NCBI RefSeq assembly: GCF_001447785.1
Contig: NW_015168654.1
Location: forward strand, 1,996,031-2,060,030
From: Gekko japonicus
Lineage: Eukaryota
Length of the DNA stretch: 64,000 nt
Direction of reading: 5' to 3'
The notes beneath the pieces are model-generated. The model did no database searches. It worked only from the letters and a program-made list of their open reading frames with translations, and was not told the origin of the DNA. Positions 27,111 through 39,719 of this stretch are shown here, piece after piece. Position 1 is the stretch's first letter. Each line of letters starts with the position of its first letter. Position numbers and translations under genes: made by a program.

Positions 27111-27684
27111 TATGCAAAACAATGACAGCAAATCCCAGTTCCAAAGGGCCATGCTAAGGTAGGCAGGACCTAAGGAGCCCACTACACTACTGCCCCCAAG
27201 AGGAAGGGAAGGGAAAGACTCTGCCCTGGCCAAGGCCAGCCCTGCAGTGTCACCTTTACACTGTTTGGAGAACGGACACAGCTGGATTAAGGCTCAGACA
27301 AGAGACAGACACTCTTACTTCTCCAAGGCAGGGGGCTTCCTTGCCCCTCTTCCTGCAATTGGTTTCTCTGGCAGCGGCTCCAGTAAGTAGCAGAAGGCCA
27401 CGGCCCACGACTGGACCCAAGCTCTACTGCTAGGTGATCCACTGGGAAAGAAAACAAAGAACCCTGGTCCGGCAGGCTCCTGGCCATGAGATGGATGTGA
27501 ACGACCTCTCCCTTCTGCCGTGTGAAGTTCTGTGTAAACCGCAAGCTTGTAAACTCCCGCAACAGAATGTTCCTGGCTTAGTGGCTCATGACTCATAGGA
27601 TGCCGCTCCCTCTCACCCCACCACGTGTGCCGGGTAACAGTGCAGAGGTCACGTTGCAGAAATGGCATTTGAAATGGCAATTTG

Positions 27685-27690
27685 TTTATT
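27685..27690 (-). terminator. Candidate polyadenylation signal for DNAJC5G (long 3' UTR)
   Basis: AATAAA on the minus strand, preceded by a UGUA-containing tract (ctgtattgtatag). Confidence 0.4.
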
Positions 27691-30600
27691 GCTCCCACTA
27701 TACAATACAGTGAAGTGTTAATGGTCTCTTCCACTTGTTAGGCAAGGTTGAAAACAACCAGTGTCAAGCATGTTGGTTCCCAGGGTTGGAAGTTGGAGCT
27801 GGAGGCAAGCAAACCCTGTGCCACGTGTCTGTCTGCCATGCAAAGACAGCTAGAGGGGATGCCAAGAGACCTAGACAGCCCAGACTCCCCAGGACACACA
27901 CAGTTTACGCCACCCCACCTCCACGGGCCATCTCCTACTCTGAAATGATCCTTTCGCCATTTTGGCAAAGAAACTGTGCTGTCCTGCCCCCTCACCAGAA
28001 GACTACCTGGGCTGTCGCTTGCACTTTCACGGGCACTGGCATTTATGGGAGGAGGTGGAGGCTTGGATGGGAAACCCAGTTACACAAGATCGGCTTGCCA
28101 CCTGGGAGGCAGTTGCACAACTGTGCCAAGAAGCTGCTTGGAGCTCTTGGGAGTGCTAACCGCAGCCAGTCTCTTCAGTCCCCTGCCTTAAAAAAAAAAC
28201 AAACCAACCCTGAACACACCAATAGGTTGGGAAGCCCAGAGGAAAGCGAGGTCCCTGGAAGCACAAGCAGACAGCTGCTGCCTGCGAAGCCACAACTACT
28301 CACCTCCTACCTGGGACCTGCTCACTCCCCACTTTCCAGGCTACACAGGGGTGCCCCTTGGGCAGCCACACATACAGACAGGCAGACAGGCAGACAGGGA
28401 ACACTGCCTCCCCTCCCTCCCAAGGGCCTGTGGGAACTCCCTGCCACGCTGGAAACAGACCAAAAGCAGAAGAGCCGCTCTTTCTTTCCTTCCTTCCTTC
28501 CGAAACCTTTAATTGTGCTGATAAAAACCCTAACAAAAAAAAGTGGTTGATCACAGTGTGAAAAACAGCCCTTTCCCTAGGGCTGCCCCAACCGAAGCAG
28601 GGAGAAAAAGGGGGGAGTTGGCGACGCCCAGCTCCCCGCACAGTGATTGAAGCCAGTGATTGGACTGGCGCGCCTTGGGAGGCGGTGAGCCTCTGTTCTT
28701 CCCCGGCAGGAATACTGGGTCCTGCTGAGCTTCATGTGCCAGGCTTGAGTCCAGTTTGGCACCAACACACAGGACAAAATAAAAAGAGAGCCATGCTGAT
28801 GCCCAGAGGGATGCTCATGGCAGGGGTGGGTTGTCCCACCTGGCATCGCAGGCGGGGGACAGATCACAGCCCCTTCCCCCACTGTGAGCGGTGGGTTTCC
28901 ACTGGCCAACATGAATGGACAGCAAGAGGTCAAAGCCGGGGGGGGGGAATCTGCCGGGGGATGGTGGCCACTGACACTCCCCGCATCTGCCACCCTTTTG
29001 AACTGCAGAACGGCTGACCGAGCGCCCTGCGGCCCAGCACCAAGGACGTGGCCTATCGCTGGGGAACCACAGGCCATAATTGGCTGCTTCCATAGCCAGT
29101 CATCTTTCTCCGATGCGGAGGCAAAGCCGTGCTCCTTCGAAGCAAGGAGTCTCGCGAGGTCTGAGCAAGTCCTTGGCCGTGTTCCCTGAGATTGACACCA
29201 TGGTATGGCGGTGGGGCGAGAGCGTGGGTACCCTCCCCCTCACGTGGGGCAGGAGCCTCAGGGGGCCTCTCCGTTCCAGGGGGGTGGGGGCTCTCTGCCC
29301 GCAGTCCAAGGGTCAAAGGAACTGAAAATCGGTCCCCACGCAGCAATCCAAGCCTATGGGGGGGAGGGTCCTCTGGAATGGTTGCAGAAGGTGGAGGCGG
29401 AACTGCGACTGGCAACGACTCTGACGGAGAGAAGAACGGACAAGGGTTAGAAGCTCGACAGACGGCGAAGCCTTGTTGAGACGCCCTTTGGGGGAGGACT
29501 GACAGGAGGTGGGGGGAGGCATGTCTCTGTGCAAAGCCCCTGCTCCCCACCTCCAGCCCTGAGCAATCTGGATCACATACAGCTAATCGATCACGGGGGG
29601 ACGGGATCCTGACCGAGGCAGCCCAATCACTCCATGGCCCTGCGAAAAGGACTGGGTAGCCCAGCTAAAGACAGAATGAACACAACATGCCCTCTGCTGT
29701 TCTGAGCCGGAACTGCAACTCTATACCGGAAAGTCAGGTGACTCCAGGGAAAAGCTGCCCTGCGCCAGAACCTCAGCTGGCACACCCCCGCCTGCCGGCC
29801 AAACAACCCTACCCTGCCAACCCCAGACTTCACACAACAGCACCTGGTGCGGCCACGCCTCTCCTGGATCAGGGACAGTCCTGCAACTTCCACTTGGAGG
29901 GTGGGAGGGGACATCTCACCCAGCATGTCCTGTTTTGAGGAGTCAACTGCATTATTCACCTAACAAGACATGACGAGGCTCCAGAGTATCACCCCACGAG
30001 CTGCACACTAAATGGCCAACTGAATCCCACCATGGAGGTGGTGGTGGTGGTGGTGCGGACAGGGTGGGCTCCAGGTTTTTTTGCACACTAGGCAAGGCTA
30101 CCTTCTGGTGCCCCCCCCCACCCCCCAATATTTTCAAAGATAAATGCATTTTAGGAAGAATGAAAAACACAAAATTCGAAATTACTAATTTTACATTGGT
30201 TTACATTTTAAAACAATATGGTTTTGTTCTGGTTTTAATAGCTTAAAGCAGCCATTCGTTCCAGGGGAACTAGGGTTGCCAGCTTACTAGACTCCTTTGC
30301 ACCCCACGCCGGAGTGTCGTGTCCACTCCGGTCTACAAGAGAGTTGCAGAACTTGATTCTCAAAGGCAGATCTTCTCTCGGGCTCGGGAGGATCCAGAGG
30401 AGTTCACAGGGAAAGACGAGGGCCCCCCCGGCTGGCCGCCCTTCGGCTCCAGACACGCCAAGCCTAAAGGCGCCAATTGCTACCCTGGAGCCTGGCCTGC
30501 CTGTGCGAGTGACAGCTGTCAATCTGCTGCTCACAGGCCCCGAGATCACAGCGGCGCTTGACAGGGGGACGGGAACCTGGAGACGAGCTGGAGAAGGAGG

Positions 30601-31645
30601 CCTCTTTGCATAGCTCTGCCCAGCCCGGCACCCTTCCAGCGGCACACCTGTGCGGCCAAACCACCGCCCCCTCGGAGAGCCCGGGGGGAGTGGGAAGCTC
30701 AAGCCCAGCCTTCGCATAGGAAGCAGCTGGCTGCTCTTGCAGCCGAAGCCGTGTCCAGGAGTGGATGCGCCTTGGGCACCAGCGGTGGCATTTGGGTAGG
30801 CTGGCTGGAACCTGTTTAGAGGTGAGGGAGGGGAGGGGAGGGGGGCAGGCCAGCAGAGCACCTGACAACAAAGCGTTCCTCTACTCGGGCTTTTGCCATG
30901 GGCAGAGGAAGCAGGGACTGGGACCACAGAGGAAGGAGTCAGCTTGCGGGTGTTTTGTCTCTCCTTCCACCCATCCAAAGACAATCGGCTCAAGAAAATC
31001 TGCTGCAAATTCCCTGACTTCGCATGGGGGGGGGGGATCTCTCAGTTGAGCCTGCCCTGTGCGACCTTTCAGCCGAGAGAGGTGGGGGAAAGCTAGCAGG
31101 GACGGGGGGGGACCCCTCACCTCCCGAACTCCTGTGCCATTCACTTCCAAAGTCTCCACCCCTTTGCCTGAAGGGGGGGGGTGGGGGGCGTCGCCCAGAC
31201 CGAGAGTTTCCCTGCTGGAGAACTTGGCGAGCTCCCTTCCTTGCCTGCCTTCCCCGGCCGGAGTGGAAATCTCCCCCTCAGAGCCACTCCCGGGGCCCAC
31301 CGGCTTCTCTCCTCGCCCGCCCCGCGCCTCCTCCTCCTGCTCCATCTCCCCCCACCCCACCTGCAGCCAACCCTCGCTCCACAAGTGCCACCGCTGTGCG
31401 CAGTCCACTCCCCTCGCCGGGGAGGGGGGTCCCCAGAAAGCCATGATGGAGGCAGGTGGGTAGCGGCAGCAGGGGCCTTGCTGCGCCCCTCGAAGATCTG
31501 CACCCCAGGCCATCGCACTAGTTGGCCTAGTAGAAGAGCTGGCCCTAGGTGCGGATGCCTTTGTTCCCCATCCCTAATGTTTGTGACCAGCTGGTAGGAA
31601 GCTTTGGAAAGAAGACCCTCAAACCACAGGCCTAGGGAAGGTCAG

Positions 31646-31838
31646 CCCTGACCTGGACAGCCCGGGCCAGCCTGATCTCGCCAGATCTCGGAAGCTAAGC
31701 GGGGTCGGCCTGGGCTAGCATTTGGATGGGAGGCGTGACACAGAGGCAGGCAACAGCAAGCCACATCTGAACGTCTCTTGCCTTGAAAACCCCATGAAAG
31801 GTCACTGTGAGCTGGCTGTGACTTGATGGCAAAAAAAA
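31646..31838 (+). mobile_element. 5S rRNA-derived SINE (SINE3-type)
   Basis: cctgatctcgccagatctcggaagctaagcggggtcggcctgggctagcatttggatgggag matches the 5S internal control region, followed by a non-5S body and A tail. Confidence 0.75.
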
Positions 31839-32091
31839 GAAGAGAGAGATGATTCAGGATTGGCCCACGCAGGCTCCGTCCTTTCCTCAGGCCACCAATG
31901 TGGAAACCACATAGTCGGGCAGAGCCGTCCTGGATCTCAGCAGGCCGGAAGGATAGCTCTGCTCGGGTTTGTCCAGAAGCAGTGCAAGACCACTGAATAA
32001 GCCACAGTCTCTGGTGGGGGCCTTCTGCACTTCACTCCTCCCCACCACACCCCCAATCCCCGGGATGAGAAGTCCTGCGCTACTCACGGGG

Positions 32092-32171
32092 TCACGGCTT
32101 GCGGGCCTGAGTCTCGTCTGTATTGTGCAATGTGGCGCTGGAAGTTGGCTGCATACGGATAGCGCTGACAC
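32092..32171 (-). CDS. DNAJC5G: DNAJC5G last coding exon (probable)
   Basis: tttcctcccaag| acceptor in phase 1; [26 protein letters not shown] resembles the CSP C-terminal I-x-x-QP-x-SAT motif. Confidence 0.75.
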
Positions 32172-34526
32172 CTTGGGAGGAAACACAATCCGTGAGATGT
32201 GCTGGCAGGAGCTTACCCTGGTCCATTTCAAAAAAGGGCCGCTCTCTGGCTCCTGAAACGACCCCCTCCAACCAGCTCCTGGACAGAACCACAAGAGCCA
32301 CAGACAACCGCCGTGTTCCTTCGTGGCTCCAACCTGGCACCAGGACCACCAGGACCACTTCAAACCAAAGCACCCCACCCCCCCGCTACTGCCGCATAAA
32401 CACTCACCTTCGTCCTCGGCACGGATCTGGGCCTCGAGGTCTTCGGGGTTGACATGTTTGTAAGCATCCTCGTCTTCAGGAGGACGGCACTTCCCGCAGC
32501 AGAAGCAGCAACAGCAGCAGCAGCAACAGCAGGTGAGGAGGCTGCAGCATATGGTCAGCGGCTGGGGCAGGCGAGAGGCGCAGGTGAGCAGCCGGGCACA
32601 GAGCTCAACTCCCTCCCCTGCAGCTCCGGGTACGCCCCCACCTCACCCCACAGGGACACCCCTGGAGCAAGACTGACACGGCTCGCAGCAAGTGCTCTGG
32701 TCCCTGCTCCGTGGCGCAGGCACACTGCCCCCACCCGGTCCGCACACCTGCCGCCACCCAATAACCCACCTTGAACCACCACTTGGACATGAGGAAGTAG
32801 TACTTGACACTATCCTCCCCAAACTGCTCAGCCACGTAGAGCCCCATTGAGCCATACTCGTCGTATATTCGCCGCTTGTTCTCATCGCTGAGGGTTGTGT
32901 TGGCGTTGTTGATCTCCTTGAACTTCTCTGCGGCTTCGGGATTATCGGGGTTCTTGTCCGGGTGGTACTTCAAAGCCAGTTTCCTGGAAGAAGGGTGGGA
33001 CGGGGTCGTGGGCAAGCATTAAAGGGGATGGAAGACTCCTGGCACTGCTTCTGGTCAATCTACCCCAATACAGAGTGATCAGAAGGGCAGCAGCAGTCTC
33101 CGTAGCGGGCCCTGCGATCAGTGAATCTCATCTCCTCCTGGGGCTGGACCTTCCTCTGTCTACCAGGGCCTTGGGTGGGCAAAGTGGACCGCTGTTATAG
33201 AGATGGCTGCCAGCAGGCACAGGAATGTTGTGACATGCACGGCCTGGATCATCACAAACTCAGCATGAAATAAAAACCCTCTGAAATAAGACAGGAGTCC
33301 TTGGGCACCTGTAGGACTAACAGCAGATGCATGGGATACAAAGGAGCTCTGACTGACAAAAGTGCACACTGGGGGTGCCACGGGACTCCTGCTTTATTTT
33401 GCTGCTACAGATCAACGTAGCTATCTATGTGGGATTATCAGCCCCATGAAACAACCACTCATGCATGGAAGAAGTCAGTGCGCACACGTGGCTGCAGTTC
33501 GAGAACACCAGCCAGAACCTGCATTTAATGTTCTAAGAGCACTGAATCCCAATTGGCTTGGGCTGCCCTGTTTCAGCCACTGCGAAATGTAGCACTGCTA
33601 GAGTGGAGACAATCAAAATATATTTTAATAATTATTTCTAATATTATGATCATCAATACAAATATATGATCATTAGTCCAGAGTCTGTGAAACACGCAAA
33701 AACCCTTGCAAGGGAAAAAGTCCACAAAACAATATTTTAGGGCGGAATTAATCACAATCTGCACAGTGTCCAAAGCACAAACCAAATCCGTACAGAGTAC
33801 AAACAAAGATCAAGTATTTTCTCCAGTCTAAGCAATAAAACCTTCGGCACTGACATGAGCTCACAACCTCTCTTGTTGGAGGCGGAGTGCACATCAGCGC
33901 TGAAAGTTTTATTGCTTAGACCCTGGACTACTCATCATATGTTTCTACTGATTATCATATTTAGAATATCAGAAATAATCATTACGGTATATATTTTGAT
34001 TACAATATTGTGTTGTCTTCACTGTAGAAGCGCTACACTTCACAGTGGACATTCTTGTTTATTTGTTTCAAACACTGTGATTCCTCTGGCATTACTGCTT
34101 CAGCCACTAGCAGCGTGCATCCTTATGCCAGACAAAAAGTTGCCCCAGAGCGGCTTTATGCTTCCCTGGGAAAGGTCCCTATCTGCCACTTCAGCAAGCC
34201 TCCAGTACAACACACCCCTGCCTCACGCAGTAGCAGCAATAAGGTGACCCTGTAAAAATCCACATTGTGTGTTTAGGGATTCCCAGAGCTAGCTATGTTG
34301 TTGTTGTTGATTAGGGGACAGGGATATTGGAGGGGAGGGACCACCCTAAACTTCCAATTCATGGGAGCTGGCAGAGTGTGCTATCATCCGCAGAGGAATA
34401 GAGGACACCCTACCTGTACGCCTTCTTGATGTCTTCTGAAGAAGCCCCCTTTTCTAGCCCCAGGATGTGGTATAAGCTCTCTCCAGCCCGTGACATCTTC
34501 CGCTGCAGGCGAGCGGTGTCCGCCAT
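32092..34526 (-). CDS. DNAJC5G: DnaJ homolog subfamily C member 5 gamma (cysteine string protein), 4 coding exons, 186 aa
   Basis: Exons 34414-34526, 32770-32983, 32408-32561 and 32092-32171 join in frame (113+214+154+80 = 561 nt). J domain with HPD motif, linker, cysteine string. Sits next to TRIM54 as at the human 2p23 locus. Confidence 0.9.
32408..32561 (-). CDS. DNAJC5G: DNAJC5G cysteine-string exon (154 bp)
   Basis: [51 protein letters not shown]; ccccag| acceptor and |GTGAGT donor. Confidence 0.95.
32770..32983 (-). CDS. DNAJC5G: DNAJC5G J-domain exon (214 bp)
   Basis: [28 protein letters not shown]...[32 protein letters not shown]; canonical AG/GT boundaries. Confidence 0.95.
34414..34526 (-). 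CDS. DNAJC5G: DNAJC5G first coding exon
   Basis: caagATGGCG start just after a tttag acceptor; [38 protein letters not shown]; AG|GTAGGG donor. Confidence 0.92.
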
Positions 34527-37049
34527 CTTGCTCTAAATCAGACACCAGCACAAGGAACTGAGCTGTGGAGACGTACGTGCAGGAGAAGACAGAGCAGCAC
34601 CGGAACCCCAGTTCATCCTGCCGTGCTGCTCCTGGGACTTGATGTGCAGCATCGTAGAAGCAAGGCGAGAAGACCCAGCAGAAGACCATTGACTACAAGA
34701 TCCACACAGAAGCTTCCTATTCCTCTTCACTCCACAGTGCAAGCAGCGACACCTGTACAGCCCAAGGACTCCGCTTTGCCCAGCCCCACACACTTGCAAG
34801 CCTGACCAAGGCTCTGAGTCCTGGCCCTATACAAAAGCCGTTCTGCTGGAATGCTGAGAAAGTACGCCTACATACTGTGGAAATATGATCTGCATTCCAG
34901 TTGTGTTTGGCCATGGCCCACCCAGGATCAGGAAACAAATTCCAGAGCTGAGATGGGCAATCACATGAGTGCACGCTGGCCCAACCCTTCCCATTCCGAG
35001 GGGGGGCATGTCCCAGTCTAAATAAGCAGGCCTGCCCCAACCTCTGGCTCCACCCAGGCAGAGCCAAAGCTGCTAAAAGCCTGATGACTGTTCTGTCCAA
35101 CTGAGCTTTGTGGTGTCCCAAGAAAGCCACCCTGGTGAGGTTCAATCAGACAGATGGGCAAACATTTACCCAAGAATTCGAACATCACAGAGGATGGAAA
35201 GAAAGAGAGGGAGCAGCCAGTGCCACACTGGAGCACACAGAGCAACCTGGTCAGCTGTTGGCAGGCACAGGGCAACCTCCACCAAATGGCAGGGTAACCT
35301 CCCCCTCTTGCAGCATCGTCAAGGGTTGCTGAACTCAACTGCACTGTAGCCTCATTGGAATGCCTTGGCTGACTCACTACCAAACCCCCAGCTCCCATCA
35401 ATTCAGTGGCTGACTCTGGATCATGGGTTGATAGAGAACTGGCTCAGACTGAATCTCCCGGACTGCAAAACTGCAGAGCCTCAGGGCACCTTCTGGGATG
35501 CAGCACATTCAAGGCTGCCTCCCCACATCCTCTGGGTAATACCCGCCAAGGGGCTTTCCTACCACAAACCCATTTTCTTCTGACACACCTCCAGGGTTCA
35601 CCAGCTTTTCCACGGAAGCTTGAATGAGGGAGGTAGTGAGGTTAAGCCAGCCTGAGAAGGCTTTGGGAGACTGAATGCCTTAACCAGATTAGGCTGCAAA
35701 GGCCAGAGCCATTCAGCTTCGTATCCTGCCAAATAAACACTAAGCTAGTGGAAATGAGGCCACAGGGTCTCTGCAGACAGGCATGAGGAAGTGTTTGCCA
35801 TTTGGGGCTGCACTGAGCTCCCAACCCCACAGGGCTTCCATAGGGGAACTGTCCCAGCCATTAGCATACAGCAGCCGGAATGCTCCCTTGTTCCTGGCTG
35901 GAGAAAACATTGCCCCCCCTTCCGTGACTGAAACAAACTTAGGCCGCAAGGCCTCGGGGGCTGCACGTACTGCCACCTGTTATTAGCCCAGCATGAAGGT
36001 GAAAGCAGTCCTGCAGGAAAAGTGACCTCTTTGCCCCTACTTTAGCCAGCATGGCATAGTTGTTAAGAAGACTGTCACCAGACTAAGATCTGGGAGATCC
36101 AGATTCAAATCCCCACTCTGCCACAGACTCTCAATGGGGGGGGGGGGGGGGCGGGAGACGAGTTGCAGGTTTTTTTGTTGTGAGGAGGAGATAATAATGT
36201 CCCCACTGGGGGAAAAGCAGGATATAAATACTTAAAGTTTCTTGGGCTGTTCCTGCGTAAGAACCATACCCATGCATTGACTCTCCATTTGAGGAGTTTG
36301 TGATTAAATGTGATCGGGACTACCCCCGGATTCACCCATCAGTTCCACTTGGAGTTGGCAGCATGACACAGGTGAGCTGGAGGTCAGGAGGCATTTATGC
36401 AAACAACAGAACAGACTCCAGACTCATAAGCACAACATATGGGCCTCAAGAACTCAACACTGATTCTACTGAACACTTGAAGGGGGGGGGGGATTCAATT
36501 TTCTTTAAGCACTTCAGGTTTTGAGATGCCCCAAAGACCATGTCTAGGGGACCAGTCTGGTGTTCAGATTTTTACCCCACCTTTCTTTCAAGAAGCTGAG
36601 AGTAGCATAATATGGCTTCCTAGTCCTCATTTTTCTCCTCACAGCCCTCCCGGTGGGCGGGTTAGTATAGCCTCAAACCACTCAGTAAGCTTATTTGTTT
36701 ACATTATATATACTCTGCCTTCCCCGAGACTGAAGGCAGATTACACAGTGTAAATCAAATACAGTCTACAGGATAGTGAAGTCTGGCTTGCAGAAATATG
36801 AAACCAACCAGAGCTCTTAAACAGAGCTGAAACAAAGCATAACCATTTAAACACGACACATTAAACAATGCAGAAATTTACAGAGTAGAATACTTACAGC
36901 AACAGGCAGCACAATTCAGAGTCTGTGAACTATCCCTTTATCAAAGCATCCCTTTATCAAAGGATCTTTCTGATACATTTCACTACAGGACAGCTCTATT
37001 ACCCGTGTAAACCTGTTGGCAGATTGGGGATTTGAACTCGAGGACGGGT

Positions 37050-37780
37050 GACAAAGGAATCTTAGGAGGAGAAAGCAACGGGAGAATACCCTGTCCGAGG
37101 CCGGAGAGGCGAAACCCTCACGAAACCTCAGGCCTTACACAGACTACGTCCTGGGGTCGGCGCGGGGCTGATTCTGGCCTAGTTTTCTTTTTAACACAGC
37201 CACCCCACCCCCCGCAACCATGACAACGGGAGCAGCCTCATCCCAGCCAACTTCTCTCCCCCCACCCCCGGCAACAGAAGGGAACTTCCACAATGGCGTC
37301 TGGGAAGGCTGAGTGACGCAACACCAGGCAGGGTAACAACGTCACCCGGACGTCAAGCACAACGTTAACCCTAAACGAGGCGACGACGGAGCCACCTCGC
37401 GTTACCTTCCCAGCCCCTCTCACCAACCTGTAGCCTTCACCAGCCCCCTCGGTCTCGACTCTCCCGTACACGGCTCCGATCCGACACGGGCCAGTTACTC
37501 TCACCACGCATGCCCGGAAGTATCTTTTTTTTGCTCTAACCCGTAACCATAAAGCTCGGACGCATGCGCACGAGCACATACCGAAGCCCCAAAAGGCCCG
37601 GCAGAAGTTAATCGCCCCGTAGAGGTAGCAAAGGACAAACACTTCCGGTACAGAATTGAAAGGAATTTCCATGCTACGTTCCAGCGCACCGAGCTTCCGC
37701 CATAGAGGAACCTTAAACTAAAGCGGCGTTAACTCTGCGAATACAAATAATCCAACCTGAGGGCGGTTTTCGATTTTTAC
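37050..37780 (-). promoter_or_regulatory. CpG-rich promoter and probable non-coding first exon of DNAJC5G
   Basis: High CpG density; NRF1-type CGCATGCGCA (37561-37570); ETS/GABP ACTTCCGG (37641-37648); candidate minus-strand donors near 37406, 37427 and 37504. The first coding exon begins with an acceptor, so an upstream UTR exon is required. Confidence 0.7.
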
Positions 37781-39713
37781 ACACAGGTTGCAAATCTCTC
37801 TGTGATCTAACTGTTTAGCCCTGTGGGTTTTCCAGTCTCTACGACAGAATAGAACACATCCGCCTTGTCCCCCTTGCTTTCAAGGGTGTTCAGTGTGCCT
37901 TTGGAAGGAGAAAAGAAAAATTCCACTGATTTTACGCTAGGCGTTTTTTTCTCAGCGGACTTCAATAGAGGGCTGCCCTTAACCTCAAGTAGAGGATGTC
38001 ATAAGCGTCGGCTGTAGAGATCAGGGAATCACATTTTCTTTCATTTCCGGCTTCCACTTGAAAACAGAAGAAAGCCGCCTATACACATTACCATGTATTT
38101 CTTTGAACCTCCATAACTTGGCTTCCAGAACAGTATGCATAGCTACTCCGCTAAGCAAAGATTTCCTCGAGTTTACAAAGCGTGTTTACAAGTTACATGA
38201 AGACTCCTTAGGCTAGAGGAACTTCCTCCAGCCCCAAGATACATACATGCCAATGTCAACAAGCCTTGGGTGTAGAGCAAACAAACATGATACAGCATCC
38301 AACACTGGATGTTCACTGGTTACCAGGATTTCCCAATTAAGCCTATGGGGGAGGGGCTGCAGACTGTGGTAGAGCAGATGCATTGCTTTGGATGCTGAAG
38401 GTCTCCCAGATTCAATCGGTGTTAGGAGAAACTCTGTGCCAGGTGAAGCTATTTCACATGCTCATGAGCTTTTATTTCCAATGAATGTATTTAAATTGCT
38501 TCCCTTTTGCTTCATAACACAAGCAAATTTCTCTAGAAAAGCTTCCCGTAATAAGCAGAAGCAACTCATTCTGGGGAAAACAAACTGGGAAACATTCCAC
38601 TCAGGTTCAGAAACACCCTAATTTTTCTAAAAGCCACTCTGACTAAAAAATTAAAAAGTGTTTATTCCACTTCTGTTTGTCCTAGGAAACACTTGCAATT
38701 TAGAAACAGCTCCCAAAATAAGCAAGTCACTATTGTCACTTGCTGTTCACCCTCAGTCATTCCCCCAACCTAGCAGAGCTCTTCTGGGACATTACTGAAA
38801 TGCAAAAGAAAAGTCTTGCAAAGCACTCTGCCCTTCCAATCCCCTGAAAAAGGTGTTTGGGTGCTACTACCACCAAAGAGAGGGACATGCAGGGATTGAA
38901 AGCATGTAACACTAGCCCCCCTCCACAGGGTTGAGCGTGCATAAAATTCCAGATTTCTTCTACCTTTTGATGGGGGAGAGTAGGACACACCCTCTCCACC
39001 CACACCTTATTCTTTGTACTCTTTTCACTGACTCCTGCTTCTAGTAGCCTAATATAAGAAAGGAGAATCTCACCTTAGTTGCAATTCTGAAGAGCAGCTT
39101 CATCCCATTGGACTATGCCTAATTAAGTCTCAGCGTTGACATTCATCAGGGGATTGAATAGCCAGTCCAACAGCACCAATGGAGAAATGCTCCAAGGCAC
39201 CCTATGCTTTAGGAAGCCTTCCCTTGTTTCCTTCCTAAGTAATTCTCCTGTCCTCCCCAGAAAGGATAGTTAACACACTGCATTATCAAATTTCGTTAAG
39301 GGTCATATATCCTTTCTGACTGTGAACACTCCGCTTAGCAAACTAGGGTGTGAAGTAAGTAAACCAGGAGCCCTCCAGAATTATTTACAGCACGTAGATC
39401 CCTCTTTTGTGCCACAAATGGAAACGAAAACAACGTATGTGTTTAGAAATAAAAAATTAGAATACAAATGTGAAAACTGGAGCTGCAGTGAGCCAAACCT
39501 GCTCCTCTTTTGTACAGTACCACTCGAGTGCAAGGTTGGTTGGGCATAAGCAGAAGTCCTCGCCCCAGCACCACAAGACAGTTCTGCTATTGGCACCATA
39601 GGAACTGTAGCAAACCCCGGGCATAAAAGTACACCCACCCACCTCCACAGCTCTCAAACGCCAACAAGAAATAGCCCCCCCCCCAAAATAACAAGCACAA
39701 GTTTGTGTCAATT

Positions 39714-39719
39714 TTTATT
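39714..39719 (-). terminator. Candidate polyadenylation signal of the UCKL1-like gene
   Basis: AATAAA on the minus strand about 760 nt after the stop codon, preceded by ttttgtac (UGUA). Confidence 0.55.

Noticed and set aside
27735-31597. Several 130-270 aa overlapping ORFs on both strands
   Set aside because: Overlapping in many frames, Pro/Gly/Arg-rich, with no domain or exon structure; expected in GC-rich UTR or intergenic DNA.
31660-31740. 5S rRNA gene
   Set aside because: Only the internal part matches; it is diverged and fused to a shared non-5S body in five dispersed copies, so it is a SINE.
32496-32532. (CAG/GCA)n trinucleotide repeat or poly-Ala ORF on the plus strand
   Set aside because: It is the antisense view of the DNAJC5G poly-cysteine codons.
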